Source: Escherichia coli
Lineage (GTDB): Bacteria > Pseudomonadota > Gammaproteobacteria > Enterobacterales > Enterobacteriaceae
Length of the DNA: 64,000 nt
Direction: 5' to 3' (one strand)
Assembly (NCBI RefSeq): GCF_050920415.1
Contig: NZ_CP169309.1
The position numbers were made by a program, and so were the translations under genes. Position 1 is the stretch's first letter. Every line of letters starts with the position of its first letter. The notes below the pieces were generated by a model, which saw only the letters and a program-made list of their open reading frames with translations, ran no database searches and was not told the origin of the DNA. Below are positions 32,225 to 44,367 of this stretch, one piece after another.

Positions 32225-34237
32225 TTACAACACCTCGCGAACCGAGATCCCCAGCCGCTGCATTCGTGACAGCAGCGTGGTGCGCTTCATCCCTAATCGC
32301 GTCGCCGCGCCACGGGGCCCGGCAACAATGCCATTGGTTTCTCGCAATACCTGAACAATGCGCTTACGTTCTTCTTCGTCATTCTCTGGCGTCGTCGGGT
32401 GCAGTAACTGCGCCATTGAACTGCGAAGCGCTGAATCTTCATTTAGCGTCGGCAGTAAACGGCTTTGTCGGACATTAAGATGTAAATTCAGACTGTTACC
32501 GCGAGTCAGTAGTACCGCTCGCTCAATCACGTTTTCCAGCTCGCGCACGTTGCCCGGCCAGTCCCACGACATCAACTGGCGTAGCGCTTCTGTTGGAATG
32601 GCATCAATTGTGCGATTCATATGGCGAGCCATTTTTTGTGTAAAATGTTTTGCTAAAAGAGGGATATCTTCCGGACGGTCGCGTAGCGGCGGCAATTCCA
32701 GTGGAAAGACGTTCAGGCGATAAAAGAGATCGCTGCGAAACTGGCGATCTTCTACCATTTGCCACAAATCACGGTTGGTGGCGGCAATGACTCTGACATT
32801 CACCGGGATCGTTCTACTCCCACCGAGACGCTCAATTTCCCGCTCCTGTAATACGCGTAGCAGTTTGGGCTGAAGTTCTAACGGCAGATCGCCAATTTCA
32901 TCGAGAAATAACGTGCCGCCATCGGCAATTTCAAAACGACCACGATGAGTGTTAATCGCGCCAGTAAATGCCCCTTTGTCGTGACCGAATAACTCACTTT
33001 CCAGAAGACTGGCGGGGATGGCAGCGCAGTTGATTTTGACCAGCGGCTTGTCGCGTCGTGGGCTAAGTTGATGGATCGCTCTGGCGATCACCTCTTTGCC
33101 GGTTCCGGTTTCACCACAAATCAACACCGTACTGTCGCTCTTCGCCACAATATCTACCTGCTGGAGCAAATCTTCCATTGCCTGGCTTTGATAGATAATG
33201 TCACCGACGCCCAGATTCGAAAGGAGCTGCTCGCTAAGCTGGTGGTTTTCTTGCTGCAAGCTTTCCTGCAAATCGGTCATGCTACGCCAGGCATCGGCAT
33301 TGCCAACGGCAATAGCGATGCGATCGGCAATATGTTGTAGTAGCTGGCAGTTTTCCTCCCCAAAGAGAGTGGAAGAGGTATGCGCCAGCAACAATGCACC
33401 CGGTGTATGGTTGCCAAAGGTGAGCGGTATAAGGAGCGCAGATTCGCAGCCGTTAGATGCAAGTAAGTGTAATAACGGGTCGCGTTGCCAGAGAAACAGA
33501 TCGTCTGCACGGTGCGTCAAGGTCGGTTGTCGGGTTTGTAGCGTTTGTGTCAGCAATACACTTTCGCCAGGCATACAGCGTGGCAGACTCGCACAATGTG
33601 AGGCAGAAAGATCGCTGCACCACAGGCTGAACTTCTCGTTCTTTCGATGATCGCCCAGTACCATACTGACTGAAGCCAGACCGAAAAAATGATGGATCTC
33701 ACGAGCGACGTCAGCGATCAGATCGTCGAGATCAAGATGTGACAACACTGCATTAGTGATATCCACCAGTACCCGATGATGATCGCGATCTTTCTCCAGC
33801 AAACGCAGCGCCACCTGCTGTTCTTCATCATTGAGCCATGATTGCAGAACCGGAGTGATTATGTGTGCCAGCCAGTTAAACAGTGTGCAATCCTGGGGAG
33901 TAAAACGATTGCCGTGGGTGCGAATAAAGCGTAGCTCCGCCATTCCACTACTGCCGAGAAGGACGGCGTGGCGCGAATAATCGACCATCTCGCCCTGATA
34001 CTCTGTTGTTGCCGTCACATCGCTGCCATCATCATGGTAGCGGTAATAGAAGTTGCTTTTGAGAACATGCAGTTCAATAAGTTGTACCGGGCTGAACGGC
34101 GGCGGCAGCGGGATGAAGGCGCGTAATAAAGACGCCTTGCCGTGTTTCTGCGCTAACCGCTCCGCGAGCATTCCGTTTACCGCTTCAATTGTTATTCCTT
34201 GTGGCGGGGCAAACATCGCCTCGTCTGACATAGCCAT
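32225..34237 (-). CDS. hyfR: Sigma54-dependent transcriptional activator of the hyf operon (GAF + AAA+ + HTH)
   Basis: 670 aa; AAA+ sigma54-interaction motifs (GETGTGKE, GAFTGA) and C-terminal HTH. Confidence 0.9.
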   Translation of the reverse strand: MAMSDEAMFAPPQGITIEAVNGMLAERLAQKHGKASLLRAFIPLPPPFSPVQLIELHVLKSNFYYRYHDDGSDVTATTEYQGEMVDYSRHAVLLGSSGMAELRFIRTHGNRFTPQDCTLFNWLAHIITPVLQSWLNDEEQQVALRLLEKDRDHHRVLVDITNAVLSHLDLDDLIADVAREIHHFFGLASVSMVLGDHRKNEKFSLWCSDLSASHCASLPRCMPGESVLLTQTLQTRQPTLTHRADDLFLWQRDPLLHLLASNGCESALLIPLTFGNHTPGALLLAHTSSTLFGEENCQLLQHIADRIAIAVGNADAWRSMTDLQESLQQENHQLSEQLLSNLGVGDIIYQSQAMEDLLQQVDIVAKSDSTVLICGETGTGKEVIARAIHQLSPRRDKPLVKINCAAIPASLLESELFGHDKGAFTGAINTHRGRFEIADGGTLFLDEIGDLPLELQPKLLRVLQEREIERLGGSRTIPVNVRVIAATNRDLWQMVEDRQFRSDLFYRLNVFPLELPPLRDRPEDIPLLAKHFTQKMARHMNRTIDAIPTEALRQLMSWDWPGNVRELENVIERAVLLTRGNSLNLHLNVRQSRLLPTLNEDSALRSSMAQLLHPTTPENDEEERKRIVQVLRETNGIVAGPRGAATRLGMKRTTLLSRMQRLGISVREVL

Positions 34238-34266
34238 TAACAGTCCTTATTAATGAGAAATCCTTC

Positions 34267-34680
34267 TCACGCAATTTTTCTGGCCATCAGATAGATGGCC
34301 GGTTCCTGCACAATTTCATCCAACAGATGAATGAATTGAATGCTACGCGCCTGCCACACAGACGTCGCGTCATCTGCCAGTGGCGCGAATGCCCGGGTCA
34401 ACAGGGCGGTGTGGCTGGCGTCAATAACAATCTCACCAAAGGTCATCACCCCCAGCATCTTACGTCGGGCTTGCTCCTCTTCGACCTGTGCAAGCCAATC
34501 TTCGTATTCCGTCTGTGGGCAGCGGAAGGCGACATTCAGACAATCAATCACGCCAACGTGATGACCGATAGCCAACGAGTAATACATTACCTGGGAGCTG
34601 TGTTCCGGCATCTCGTCGCTACTGGCGATAAATTTTTTTCGCAGTGTCCAGAAAACAATTTCCCCGCACTCCTCAGCCAT
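34267..34680 (-). CDS. hyfJ: Hydrogenase-4 component J (HycH-like maturation factor)
   Basis: 137 aa; position and length match hyfJ. Confidence 0.85.
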   Translation of the reverse strand: MAEECGEIVFWTLRKKFIASSDEMPEHSSQVMYYSLAIGHHVGVIDCLNVAFRCPQTEYEDWLAQVEEEQARRKMLGVMTFGEIVIDASHTALLTRAFAPLADDATSVWQARSIQFIHLLDEIVQEPAIYLMARKIA

Positions 34681-35431
34681 GTAACCCCCGGAGAACGCGA
34701 AAGAGTTGCTGAACGATACTATTGAGACGCGGATCGTCGGCTTCGCGCAACCAGGTGTTAACCCGATTTCCTGTAGGATCGTCGCTTAAATGGCGCAGGA
34801 GCCGATCGCAAATTTCTCGCCCCTGACGATAGCCCGCCAGCCGCCTCGCTTCTCGCTCAATGGCGATACGCTGTGATGGCGGGATATGCGGCCACAGCGG
34901 TTGCATGGTCACCCCGGTGGGATCGCGATAATCCACCGCGTGAATCTTCTGTTGTAGCAAACCGAGCGCCACGGCGAAACCGTGAATGGTGGCGGCCGGT
35001 GTTGGCGGGCAGCCGGGGATCCAAACATCAATGGGGACAATGGTGTCGCTGCCGCCCCAGACGCTGTAGAGATCGTGGAAAATACCGCCGCCGACACCGC
35101 ACGCGCCGTAGGAAACACAGATTTTATGATCGGGGGCAGACTCATATGCCCGAAGTGCAGGCATACGCATCGCCCGGGTGACTGCGCCAGTAAATAACAA
35201 AATATCGGCGTGACGAGGTGATGAAACAACCTTAATGCCAAAGCGTTCTGCGTCGAACACTGGCGTGATGGCGGCAAAAATTTCGATTTCACAGGCGTTG
35301 CAGCCGCCACAATCCACGCGATAAACGTAGGCCGAACGACGGATATCCTGTAGCAAATGCTGCTTCATCTTTTGCGTTTGTTCGTCCAGCGTGATGGGCT
35401 GGCTGACATGTTGCGTAAGCACTGGACTCAT
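34673..35431 (-). CDS. hyfI: Hydrogenase-4 small subunit (NuoB-like, [4Fe-4S])
   Basis: 252 aa with conserved Cys ligands (…GGCNACEIE…, …WIPGCPP…). Confidence 0.9.
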   Translation of the reverse strand: MSPVLTQHVSQPITLDEQTQKMKQHLLQDIRRSAYVYRVDCGGCNACEIEIFAAITPVFDAERFGIKVVSSPRHADILLFTGAVTRAMRMPALRAYESAPDHKICVSYGACGVGGGIFHDLYSVWGGSDTIVPIDVWIPGCPPTPAATIHGFAVALGLLQQKIHAVDYRDPTGVTMQPLWPHIPPSQRIAIEREARRLAGYRQGREICDRLLRHLSDDPTGNRVNTWLREADDPRLNSIVQQLFRVLRGLHG

Positions 35432-35973
35432 AGCTGCTCCTTAGCCACCAGCGGTTCATCTGTGTCGTCGTTGATCAGCGTCGCGCGTTGTTTGCATTCC
35501 GGGCAGACGCTCGCTTGCGCCCACAACATTTCGCGGTTTTGTGGTGCATTTTGTTGCTGTGCCAACAGTTCTGCAGCCAGTGCGACGGTTTTTTGCGGGG
35601 CAAACGGGCGTTCGCAACGGCTGCAACGTTGTAGATGGAACTTCGCGCGGGTATAGAGATCGGCTTTATTGGTGACGGTCAGTTCAAAGTTATCAGTAAG
35701 CTGAATGGCTCTGGTCGGGCACACTTCTTCACAACGTCCGCAGTAAATACAACGCCCCAGATAGAGCTGCCAGGTGCGCGTATTTTGCTGGTCGTCGGTC
35801 TGGATAGTCAGCGCATTTGCCGGACAAGCACAGGCGCAGGCACCGCAGGCAATACATTGGCTGGGCATCAGGTCCGGTTTCCCGCGAAAGCCTGGGCTGA
35901 CCTCCAGTGGCGCGAAGGGATATTTCACCGTCGCGGTTCCGGCGCGCATAATAGTTTTCAGTAACTTCAGCAT
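35428..35973 (-). CDS. hyfH: Hydrogenase-4 ferredoxin-like subunit (2x[4Fe-4S])
   Basis: 181 aa with two CxxCxxCxxxCP motifs. Confidence 0.9.
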   Translation of the reverse strand: MLKLLKTIMRAGTATVKYPFAPLEVSPGFRGKPDLMPSQCIACGACACACPANALTIQTDDQQNTRTWQLYLGRCIYCGRCEEVCPTRAIQLTDNFELTVTNKADLYTRAKFHLQRCSRCERPFAPQKTVALAAELLAQQQNAPQNREMLWAQASVCPECKQRATLINDDTDEPLVAKEQL

Positions 35974-35982
35974 TTTCTGTCC

Positions 35983-37698
35983 TTACTTCAGCGGCGAACG
36001 GTTACGATCAATGCCGTAGCGTTCGATCTCTTTATACGGCACGGTTTTTGACTGGCGCTTGCGCACATCAACCAGCGTCACACGGTCGGTACAGGAGTAG
36101 CAGGGATCAAGGCTACCGATAATCAGCGGTGCGTCAGAAACGGTATTGCCGCGCAGCATGTAACGCAGCACTGGCCAGTTGGCGTAGGTGGCGGCACGAC
36201 AGCGCCAGCGGAACAATTTTTGGTTATCGCCGAGCATGCTCCAGTGCACGTCTTCACCGCGTGGCGCTTCAACAAAGCCCAGCGCGAATGCGTGAGGTTT
36301 ATAGCTAAAGCCTTCGGTCAGCAGTGGGGTATCCGGCATGTTGTCGAGGGCAAATTCCAGCATTGCCAGCGAATCAAACGTCTCTTTGACACGGACCATC
36401 ACGCGGGAGAAGACATCGCCGCCGGTAAAGGTAAACAGCGTTTTTGGAATATTGCCGTAGTCGGCGTAGGGGTGATCAAAGCGCAAATCACGGGCAAAAC
36501 CACTGCCACGGATCAGCGGCCCTACGGGGCTATAATCACGGGCGATTTGTCGGTCGAGAATGCCAATGCCCTGAGTGCGTTGTTCCATATTCGGCGTGGC
36601 AAGCAGCATCTCTACCAGCTCCGACACGTCGGCGCGCATCTCGCGCACCAGTTTCATCGTTTGCAGACGTTGCTCTTTGAGAATATCGCGGCGAACACCA
36701 CCAATCAGATTCAGACCGTAGGTTTTACGCGACCCGGTCAGCAATTCCGCCATCGTCATCGACTTTTCCCGCACGCGGAAAAATTGCATAAAACCGGTAT
36801 CAAAACCAACAAAATGGCAGGAGAGGCCAAGGTTGAGCAAATGACTATGCAGCCGTTCGACTTCCAGCAGAATCGAGCGAATAGTATGCGCTCGTTGCGG
36901 CACCTCAATCCCCAGTGCATTTTCAACCGAGTTGGTATAGGCCACACTGTGGGCAAAACCGCAAATCCCACACACGCGGTCCGACAAGAAGGTCACTTCG
37001 TTGTAGCCCATCCGCGTTTCTGCCAGTTTCTCCATGCCGCGATGGACATAAAACAGGCGGTAATCAGCATCGACAATATGCTCGCCATCCACAAACAAGC
37101 GGAAGTGACCTGGTTCATCGGAGGTGATATGCAGCGGGCCAACAGGGATCACCCGCGCATCGCTGTTGCCCTCGTTGATAAACGGATACGTTTCGGTATC
37201 AGTCGTCGGTTCAGGGCGCAGGCGATAATCCATCGCGTCTTTGCGCAGCGGATGCATATCTTCCGGCCAGTCATCGGGCAACACCAGGCGACGCTGATCC
37301 GGCAGGCCAACCGGAATCAGCCCGTACATATCGCGAATTTCTCGCTCGCCCCAGACCGCGGCAGGGACGCGCGGTGTGACTGACGGAAACTCCCGACTGT
37401 CGGCATCGACCAGTGCCTTCACCACGATCCAGCATTTTTCGGCCCCTTCCATTGAAAGGGCATAATAAACCGCGTAATGACCGTTAAGTGTCCGCTCGTC
37501 GTTGCCAAACAGGACCGGAAGCCAGCCATCATGTTGATAATAAAGATAATGTACAACGTCAGGCAGCAGATTTATTTTCACCGTAATGGTGACCTGTTCA
37601 GGCGTTTGTCGCTCTTCATCCAGCACCGCGCCGGGGAACTGCGTTTTCAGGGCGGCGAGAATCGCTTCGCCACGATTTGACGATGAATTAACGTTCAC
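35983..37698 (-). CDS. hyfG: Hydrogenase-4 large [NiFe] subunit, GTG start
   Basis: 571 aa from GTG at 37698 ([17 protein letters not shown]...) with GGAGA 9 nt upstream, overlapping the hyfF stop; Ni-binding CGICG and C-terminal DPCYSC motifs. ORF track is extended 15 codons. Confidence 0.9.
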   Translation of the reverse strand: MNVNSSSNRGEAILAALKTQFPGAVLDEERQTPEQVTITVKINLLPDVVHYLYYQHDGWLPVLFGNDERTLNGHYAVYYALSMEGAEKCWIVVKALVDADSREFPSVTPRVPAAVWGEREIRDMYGLIPVGLPDQRRLVLPDDWPEDMHPLRKDAMDYRLRPEPTTDTETYPFINEGNSDARVIPVGPLHITSDEPGHFRLFVDGEHIVDADYRLFYVHRGMEKLAETRMGYNEVTFLSDRVCGICGFAHSVAYTNSVENALGIEVPQRAHTIRSILLEVERLHSHLLNLGLSCHFVGFDTGFMQFFRVREKSMTMAELLTGSRKTYGLNLIGGVRRDILKEQRLQTMKLVREMRADVSELVEMLLATPNMEQRTQGIGILDRQIARDYSPVGPLIRGSGFARDLRFDHPYADYGNIPKTLFTFTGGDVFSRVMVRVKETFDSLAMLEFALDNMPDTPLLTEGFSYKPHAFALGFVEAPRGEDVHWSMLGDNQKLFRWRCRAATYANWPVLRYMLRGNTVSDAPLIIGSLDPCYSCTDRVTLVDVRKRQSKTVPYKEIERYGIDRNRSPLK

Positions 37699-39268
37699 TG
37701 TGTTTCTCCGAAACAGATGCGGTGCCTGAAGGCAAAAAATCATGCCAGGTGCTACGTTGTGCAGGCAGGTCGTGCGTCCCTGAGAGGACTATAGTGGAAG
37801 CGCCCGCCAGGATCCTGATGACAGGTTGTGGAATATGCGTTCCCATCGCCAGCATCATGACCAGCAGAATCACCATTGGCGAGGTGGTCAACCAGCCAAG
37901 TTCACCCCGGTTAACGGCCTGCGGCGGTTTCGCCATTAACACCCGCGCAGCCATCCGTACCAGGCCCGCCAGCACCAGCGTTAACAGCAATAACAGCAGG
38001 ACGATAATCAACAGGTGATTACGAGCCAGTCCGGCGGTAACGGTCATAAATTCGCTAAGAAAAATGTTGAAGGGCGGCATCCCGGCCAGCGCCAGCGCAC
38101 CGCCGCCAAACAGCACGGCGGTAAATGGCATGATTTTGAGCATTCCGCAGACGACGTTGAGATCGCGCGTGCCGTACTTGAGCAGTACATTGCCGGAACC
38201 GCAGAACAGCAGCGTTTTTGCCAGACTGTGGTTTAAGGTGTGCAGCAGCGCAGCAAAAATTCCCAGCGGCCCGCCAATGCCTAGCGCCACCGCGACCAGT
38301 CCCATGTTCTCCACGCTGGAGTACGCCAGCAGACGCTTAATGTCCCGCTGTACCAGAATGAAAAATGCCGCCACGGCAACCGACAACATGCCGAAGATGA
38401 GCAACAACCGGTTGGGGAAATCGCTGCCGATGGCCTGGCAAATAATGATGTAATAGCGAATCAGCACCAACAGCGCGCAGTTCAGCAATACGGCGGAGAG
38501 CAGGGCGCTGACCGGACTCGGCGCTTCACTGTGAGCATCCGGCAGCCAGGCGTGCATGGGAAATAGCCCGGTTTTGGTGCCAAAGCCAATTAGCACAAAC
38601 ACAAAGGCCAACAGCATTAATGTTGGGTCAAGCAAGGACGATTGCTTAAGAACCTCGCTCCAGAATATCGCCATTTCTGCCTGCGGCATAACGCTGGCGG
38701 CGTTGGCGTATACCAGCACGGTACCGAACAGACCAAAAGCGACACCAACAGTACAAATAATGATGTACTTCCATGCAGCTTCCAGAGATGAACGCTGACC
38801 GTAAATGCCTACCAGAAACGCCGAGCTTAAGGTGGTGGCTTCGATTGCCGCCCACATCACAATCAGGTTATTGCTGGTAACAACCAGCAGCATGGTGAAC
38901 AAAAACAGATGGAAGAAACCGTAGTAATCGCACAGCGTAACGGGTGAAAGCTCGCCGTGAGCCACTTCATGACGCATGTAGCCAATCGAGTAAACACCGG
39001 TGAGAAAGCCAATCACACCAAGAATGGCGAGGAACAAACCGCCCAGACCATCAATATGAAGCCACAGTCCGGCGGCGAATATTTCTTCCGCATCCGCGGC
39101 GGTTTTGACCACCCAGAGTGCCAGAATCAGCAGCAGCGTGATCCCTAAGCTATGTAATACTGTCACCGTGCGAGTCGCAGAGTGTCCCCGTTTCCGGCAG
39201 GCAAAACAGAGCAGCGAAAAAAGCAGCGGCGTGAGCAGGAGTAAAGCGAACATCACAGAATAACTCAT
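37688..39268 (-). CDS. hyfF: Hydrogenase-4 membrane subunit F (NuoN/Mrp antiporter-like)
   Basis: 526 aa polytopic protein. Confidence 0.9.
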   Translation of the reverse strand: MSYSVMFALLLLTPLLFSLLCFACRKRGHSATRTVTVLHSLGITLLLILALWVVKTAADAEEIFAAGLWLHIDGLGGLFLAILGVIGFLTGVYSIGYMRHEVAHGELSPVTLCDYYGFFHLFLFTMLLVVTSNNLIVMWAAIEATTLSSAFLVGIYGQRSSLEAAWKYIIICTVGVAFGLFGTVLVYANAASVMPQAEMAIFWSEVLKQSSLLDPTLMLLAFVFVLIGFGTKTGLFPMHAWLPDAHSEAPSPVSALLSAVLLNCALLVLIRYYIIICQAIGSDFPNRLLLIFGMLSVAVAAFFILVQRDIKRLLAYSSVENMGLVAVALGIGGPLGIFAALLHTLNHSLAKTLLFCGSGNVLLKYGTRDLNVVCGMLKIMPFTAVLFGGGALALAGMPPFNIFLSEFMTVTAGLARNHLLIIVLLLLLLTLVLAGLVRMAARVLMAKPPQAVNRGELGWLTTSPMVILLVMMLAMGTHIPQPVIRILAGASTIVLSGTHDLPAQRSTWHDFLPSGTASVSEKHSER

Positions 39269-39272
39269 CTCA

Positions 39273-39923
39273 TTATCCCTTCAGCGCGGTCAAGTTGTTC
39301 ACGTCCAGCGTGCCGTGGGTACGCCATATTTTTCTTGCCAGCAACACCATCACAACGACGGCGAAAATGGCATCGGTAGCGATACCAATTTCCACCAGTT
39401 CCGGTGCACGCCAGGCAAGAAGTGCCAGCACCAGATGGGAGCCGTTTTCCATCAGGCAGTAACCAAAAATTTGCCGCAGGATATTGCGCTGGCTGACAAT
39501 GCACAGCAGGCCAAGCAGAAAATGACCTAACGCCACCGCCAGCGCCGGTTTCAGCCCGGTAGCCATCGGTAGCTTCACGGGCTGAACGACAAATGCGCAA
39601 AGCAGGACAATTAATGCCGCGAGCAATGCCATCATTGCCGGACCGAATAACGCTTTTTCCGGGAGGTTCTGGGGAATATTTCGTGCAGCGTAAATCATGA
39701 TTAACGGTACCATCAGTACTTTGGTGATAAAGGCGCTGGCGGACCAGATCAGCAGTTGCTCTGCGGCGAACAGGCACGAGAGGGTGGCGAAAATAGACAC
39801 CAGCACCAGCGACTGGCAGGCGTAAAATCCGCATGACAGGCGATAGCTTTTGACACTAATCACAAACAGCGATGTCAGCATCATCAGTCCCGCCAGATTA
39901 TTTACGATCATAGAACCGGTCAT
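39273..39923 (-). CDS. hyfE: Hydrogenase-4 membrane subunit E
   Basis: 216 aa polytopic protein. Confidence 0.9.
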   Translation of the reverse strand: MTGSMIVNNLAGLMMLTSLFVISVKSYRLSCGFYACQSLVLVSIFATLSCLFAAEQLLIWSASAFITKVLMVPLIMIYAARNIPQNLPEKALFGPAMMALLAALIVLLCAFVVQPVKLPMATGLKPALAVALGHFLLGLLCIVSQRNILRQIFGYCLMENGSHLVLALLAWRAPELVEIGIATDAIFAVVVMVLLARKIWRTHGTLDVNNLTALKG

Positions 39924-39934
39924 TCATCATCTCC

Positions 39935-41374
39935 TTACTGCAACCAGGTCGCGGCGAATACGCTGGAAATCAGCGACATCACAATCAGTACAATCAACAC
40001 CAGGCGCATTGATCCTGGCAGCGGTGCGGCATCAGCGACGGCCTCGCTCGGTTTGCCAGGCACAACGCGACCAAACCAGCGAATAAACCAGGCGAAACTG
40101 GCAATCGATTCAATCATCAGCAGAATCATGGCGGGCAGCAGGATCCAGTACTCCACTGACAACGAAAAACCGGCAGCAAACAGTGGGAATTTACTGAAGA
40201 AGCCGTTGAACGGCGGCACGCCAGTAATCGCCAGCGCGGCCACGCAGAAACCCACGCCTGGCAACGGCAGGGTGTGCAATACGCCACGCAGACGCGGCAA
40301 CAAGCGCGTGCCGCAGCTGTAACTCAGCGCACCGGCTACAAGGAAAAACAGGCTTTTAGCGAACGCGTGGTTGACGATGTAGGCGATGCTGCCCTCCAGT
40401 GCCAGCCGCGAGCCGAAGATGGAGAGCGACAAGCCGAAGAACATCCAGCCAAGTTGAGTGATGGTCGACCAGGCCAGCAACCGCTTCATATCCTGCTGCG
40501 GCAAATACATCAGGAAGCCGTAAAGAATGGTGACCAGTGCCATGACCATGCCAACGCCGCCAATCACATGCGGGATATTGCCGCCGTCGATAATGGCGCG
40601 GGCAAAAATGTAAACGCCCACTTTCACCATCGATGCGGCGTGGAGATAGGCGCTGATCGGTGTTGGCGCTTCCATTGCATCCGGTAGCCACGCTTGCATC
40701 GGTAGCTGGGCCGATTTCCCCCACGCGGCAAACAGGATGCCACCATAAACCAGATAGCGTGCGTCGCCGTGTAACTCGCTCATCGCGCTAAGCGCAAACG
40801 TTCCGGTCTGCAAAAACAGCGTGGCGGCGGCAAGATACAACCCCAGCGAACCGATATGAGTGATAAGTAACGCTTTTAGTGCTGAACGTTGCGCTTTATC
40901 GCTCTGGTAATAACTGATCAACGCCCAGGAGCAGCCGCCCGTAATTTCAAAAAACAACAACTGACCGAGCAGCGTCGAGGAGAGTACCAGTCCCGCCATC
41001 GCGCCGATAAAAACCAGCAAAAATGCGTAATAACGATTCGTGCCGTTATGCGGGTGTTCGCGATTTTTATCCGTCAGATAACCCGTGGAGTAGATCGTGA
41101 CCAGCAAACCGAGGAACACCACCACAAACAGAATCAGCGTACTCACGCGATCAATGATCAGGCCAAACAACGCCACATCCCCCACGTTGACCAACGTCAA
41201 CGTGACGGCAACTTTATCGGCCTGATAAAACGCGGAGATCAGCGACAACATGCACAGCGTGGTCAGCGCGGCGAACAAAATCCCCCATTCGGCGGCCCGA
41301 CGTTGTGGCGAAAACGAAACGACCAGTGCGCCGATAAAAGGCAGCAATAACGTCGTCAGAGCAAGATTTTCCAT
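39935..41374 (-). CDS. hyfD: Hydrogenase-4 membrane subunit D (NuoM-like)
   Basis: 479 aa polytopic antiporter-like protein. Confidence 0.9.
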   Translation of the reverse strand: MENLALTTLLLPFIGALVVSFSPQRRAAEWGILFAALTTLCMLSLISAFYQADKVAVTLTLVNVGDVALFGLIIDRVSTLILFVVVFLGLLVTIYSTGYLTDKNREHPHNGTNRYYAFLLVFIGAMAGLVLSSTLLGQLLFFEITGGCSWALISYYQSDKAQRSALKALLITHIGSLGLYLAAATLFLQTGTFALSAMSELHGDARYLVYGGILFAAWGKSAQLPMQAWLPDAMEAPTPISAYLHAASMVKVGVYIFARAIIDGGNIPHVIGGVGMVMALVTILYGFLMYLPQQDMKRLLAWSTITQLGWMFFGLSLSIFGSRLALEGSIAYIVNHAFAKSLFFLVAGALSYSCGTRLLPRLRGVLHTLPLPGVGFCVAALAITGVPPFNGFFSKFPLFAAGFSLSVEYWILLPAMILLMIESIASFAWFIRWFGRVVPGKPSEAVADAAPLPGSMRLVLIVLIVMSLISSVFAATWLQ

Positions 41375-41390
41375 ATTCCGTCAGTGCTCC

Positions 41391-42338
41391 TTACAGACCG
41401 GTTAACCAGAAGACCCAGGCAAGCGCAGCAAGGCTGAAGCCAAGCCAGGTCACATGGTGAATGAGTAAAAAACGCCCGCGTGCCAGCGTGTTTTCTGCGA
41501 TAGAGGCCAGAACAAAAATCAGCAAAACCTTGAGCAGCGTAACGACAAGTGAAGTCAGCAGGCAGGTGAGAGAAAGCTCTTGCGCGCGCCCAAAGGGCAG
41601 AAACAGGGCCACAAACAGTGCTGCCATCACGACCTGTTTCAGCCCCAGCCCCCATTTCGCCAACGCCAGCCCGGCACCGGAATATTCGGTCAGCGGGCCT
41701 TCCTGTAATTCCTGTTCTGCTTCAGCAACATCAAAGGGAATTTTTCCCATCTCAATGAAGCAGGCAAAACCACAGGCCAGTAACGCCAGTACGGTGGTTA
41801 GCGGCGAGTTCCAGCCCGTCGCCAGCGTCTTGCTGATCATCTCGATATGCGTGGAATCCGCTATCAGCGCCAATACCAGCAGTGAGAGAATGAGCATTGG
41901 TTCGACCAGAATGCCGAGCGTCAACTCGCGACTGGCACCGACACCCGCAAACGGACTTCCGGTATCCAGCCCGGAAAGAGCAAAGAAAAAACGAAACAGG
42001 GCAAGAAGATAGATAAGGGTGATCAGATCGCCGCCGCCCGCAAAAGGGGAAACAGTAATAAATAGTGGTAGGGCCATCGCCAGCACCAGCATGCTGCTGA
42101 TTAATACCCACGGCATCAGGCGGAACATCAGACCTGAAGATGTCGGCGCAACTTCCTGGCGTTTAAACAGTTTGTGGATATCGCGATAATCCTGCCAGAT
42201 CCCCGGTCCGCGACGGGAGTGCATACGCGCGCGTATCTGCCGGGAAATCCCCGTAAAAAGCGGGGTTAGCGCCAGCAGAATCACGGCCTGTGCTAACGCA
42301 AAAATGATCAGATATCCGTCGCAAAGAGTTTGTCTCAT
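41391..42338 (-). CDS. hyfC: Hydrogenase-4 membrane subunit C (NuoH-like)
   Basis: About 315 aa from MRQTLCDGYLIIFALAQ...; ORF track is extended 7 codons. Confidence 0.88.
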   Translation of the reverse strand: MRQTLCDGYLIIFALAQAVILLALTPLFTGISRQIRARMHSRRGPGIWQDYRDIHKLFKRQEVAPTSSGLMFRLMPWVLISSMLVLAMALPLFITVSPFAGGGDLITLIYLLALFRFFFALSGLDTGSPFAGVGASRELTLGILVEPMLILSLLVLALIADSTHIEMISKTLATGWNSPLTTVLALLACGFACFIEMGKIPFDVAEAEQELQEGPLTEYSGAGLALAKWGLGLKQVVMAALFVALFLPFGRAQELSLTCLLTSLVVTLLKVLLIFVLASIAENTLARGRFLLIHHVTWLGFSLAALAWVFWLTGL

Positions 42339-42348
42339 GGTGATTTCC

Positions 42349-44367
42349 TTAGACGGCAATAGCGATTAGCAGCACAACCAGTGCGGCGACCACATACAGG
42401 CAATAGAGACGAAAGTCGCCGCTTTGCAGATGCTGTATTTCTTTGGCCAGCCGTTGGGTGGCGCTCACGATGGGGCGGATCACCCGCTCATCCCAAAAGG
42501 GTTCTGTGCTCTGAGCCCTGGCGGTGATGTGCGCGAGACCTTTGTTCAGCCTCAGCGTAGGGTCGAGCTGTTGTCGTAGACGAAATAGCGCAGAAAAGAC
42601 CACACGCAGCGGCTGCATCACGCCATTGCCTGACGGGGCCATCGCATTTTCCCAGCCGTAGCCGCATGCCCAGGCATCTCCTGTGCGACGAAACGCTGCG
42701 CGGCGCGAACGACACCACAGCCAGTAAAGGCCAGGCAGCAAAGGCATCGCCAGTAGTAACAGCAACAGTAATGAGGGAGTGACCCGTGTATGAAACGTGC
42801 CGGGTACAAGTGCCATTCCGCTGGCGACAGTGACGGAAGGGGTATTGGTAAACGCATGGGCAATGTGCATTATCTTCGGTGCCAGCCAACTGGCACTAAG
42901 CGCAATGAATACGCAGAGTGCCGCGAGCAGTAGCATGGCGACGATCATCGTATTTGGCACTTCCTGTGCCTCTTCAGCGTGTGTACTGCGCGGCGCACCA
43001 CAGAAAGTAATGCCGTACATTTTGACGAAGCACATTACTGCCAGCCCACCAGTGACTGCCAGCATCACCATAGCAATAGGACCCGCAAGTTGTAGCGCTA
43101 CGGCTTCCACACGACTTAGTGAGAACAGCGACTGCCAGGTGTACCATTCGCTGATAAAACCATTCAGCGGAGGAATGGCTGATATCGCGAGGCAACCAAT
43201 CAGGCATGCTGCGGCTGTCCACGGCATCCGTTTTGCCAGTGCCCCCATTTTTTCCATGTCGTGGGTATGCAAACGCGAAATAATCGCACCCGCGCCGAGA
43301 AATAGCAGCCCTTTGAACAGCGCATGGTTGAGCAGATGAAACAGTGCGCCGAGCAGTCCAACCACGGTGAGCAGCGGGTCGTGCAGTGACAGACCGACCA
43401 TGGACACACCGACCGCCAGCAAAATAATGCCGACGTTTTCGACGGTACTCCAGGCCAGCAGCCGTTTGATATCCTGTTCCGCCAGCGCATACAGCACGCC
43501 CAGGAGCGCGGAGATTGCGCCGATCGCCATCACCAGAATGCCCCACCACAGCGGCAAACCCGTTTGCGCCAGCAGATCCATCGCCACTTTCAGGATGCCG
43601 AAAATACCGATTTTGACCATTACGCCAGACATCAACGCCGAAGCGTGCGATGGTGCGGCAGGGTGAGCGCGCGGCAACCAGCTGTGCAACGGCATCATCC
43701 CGGCTTTCGCGCCAAAACCGAAGAAGGCCAGCAGGAACACCGCCGACGCCAGCCCCGGAGAAAGTGAAAGCGTGCGGAAACTGGCAAAATCGAGGTTGCC
43801 GCTTTCGCGCCACATCAGCAAGAAGGCAATCATAATCAGCACCGATCCGGCGTGGGCGATAAAAAAGTAGAGCATGCCAGCGTTGATTGACGTTTTATCC
43901 TGCCTGGCAATGACCAGAAACCAGGAAGACAGCGACATCATTTCAAACAGCACGATGAACCAAAAAGCGTTGTCCATCACCAGCAGGGCAACCATCGATG
44001 CGATGAAAAGATTCATAAAGAAGCCCATCGCCGCCGCGCCTTTGCCCTCGTATTCGCGCATATAAGTCAATGAATAGAGCGAACAAACCACCACCAGCAA
44101 GGAGATAACCAGCACCATAAATGCCGAGAGGCTATCCATTCGCAGGGTTAAATCGGCAAAGTCAAAAGGCGTGGCAAAACGGGCGACTAAAGTTACGCCT
44201 GCATGTAATTGCGTAATTCCGCTGATGATGCCAATCGCGCCGCCCACCAGCGATGTGATGCCGGAAAGCTTAATAGCCAGTCTGTCCAGACCGAGTAAAA
44301 ACAGCGAAGCCAGACTGGCAAACAGATAGAGGATCAGCGACCAGGTTAATAATTGCAGGGCATCCAT
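42349..44367 (-). CDS. hyfB: Hydrogenase-4 membrane subunit B (NuoL-like)
   Basis: 672 aa polytopic antiporter-like protein; overlaps hyfA stop by 1 nt. Confidence 0.9.
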   Translation of the reverse strand: MDALQLLTWSLILYLFASLASLFLLGLDRLAIKLSGITSLVGGAIGIISGITQLHAGVTLVARFATPFDFADLTLRMDSLSAFMVLVISLLVVVCSLYSLTYMREYEGKGAAAMGFFMNLFIASMVALLVMDNAFWFIVLFEMMSLSSWFLVIARQDKTSINAGMLYFFIAHAGSVLIMIAFLLMWRESGNLDFASFRTLSLSPGLASAVFLLAFFGFGAKAGMMPLHSWLPRAHPAAPSHASALMSGVMVKIGIFGILKVAMDLLAQTGLPLWWGILVMAIGAISALLGVLYALAEQDIKRLLAWSTVENVGIILLAVGVSMVGLSLHDPLLTVVGLLGALFHLLNHALFKGLLFLGAGAIISRLHTHDMEKMGALAKRMPWTAAACLIGCLAISAIPPLNGFISEWYTWQSLFSLSRVEAVALQLAGPIAMVMLAVTGGLAVMCFVKMYGITFCGAPRSTHAEEAQEVPNTMIVAMLLLAALCVFIALSASWLAPKIMHIAHAFTNTPSVTVASGMALVPGTFHTRVTPSLLLLLLLAMPLLPGLYWLWCRSRRAAFRRTGDAWACGYGWENAMAPSGNGVMQPLRVVFSALFRLRQQLDPTLRLNKGLAHITARAQSTEPFWDERVIRPIVSATQRLAKEIQHLQSGDFRLYCLYVVAALVVLLIAIAV

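Noticed and set aside
36220-37383. 387-aa ORF on the + strand inside hyfG
   Set aside because: Lies entirely antisense to a well-supported hydrogenase large-subunit gene; low-complexity R/H/Q-rich translation typical of a reverse frame of a GC-rich gene; no RBS or independent signal.
42974-43813. 279-aa ORF in an alternative frame of the minus strand within hyfB
   Set aside because: Out-of-frame overlap with hyfB; Arg/Ala/Gly-rich product characteristic of frame artefacts; hyfB itself is full length.
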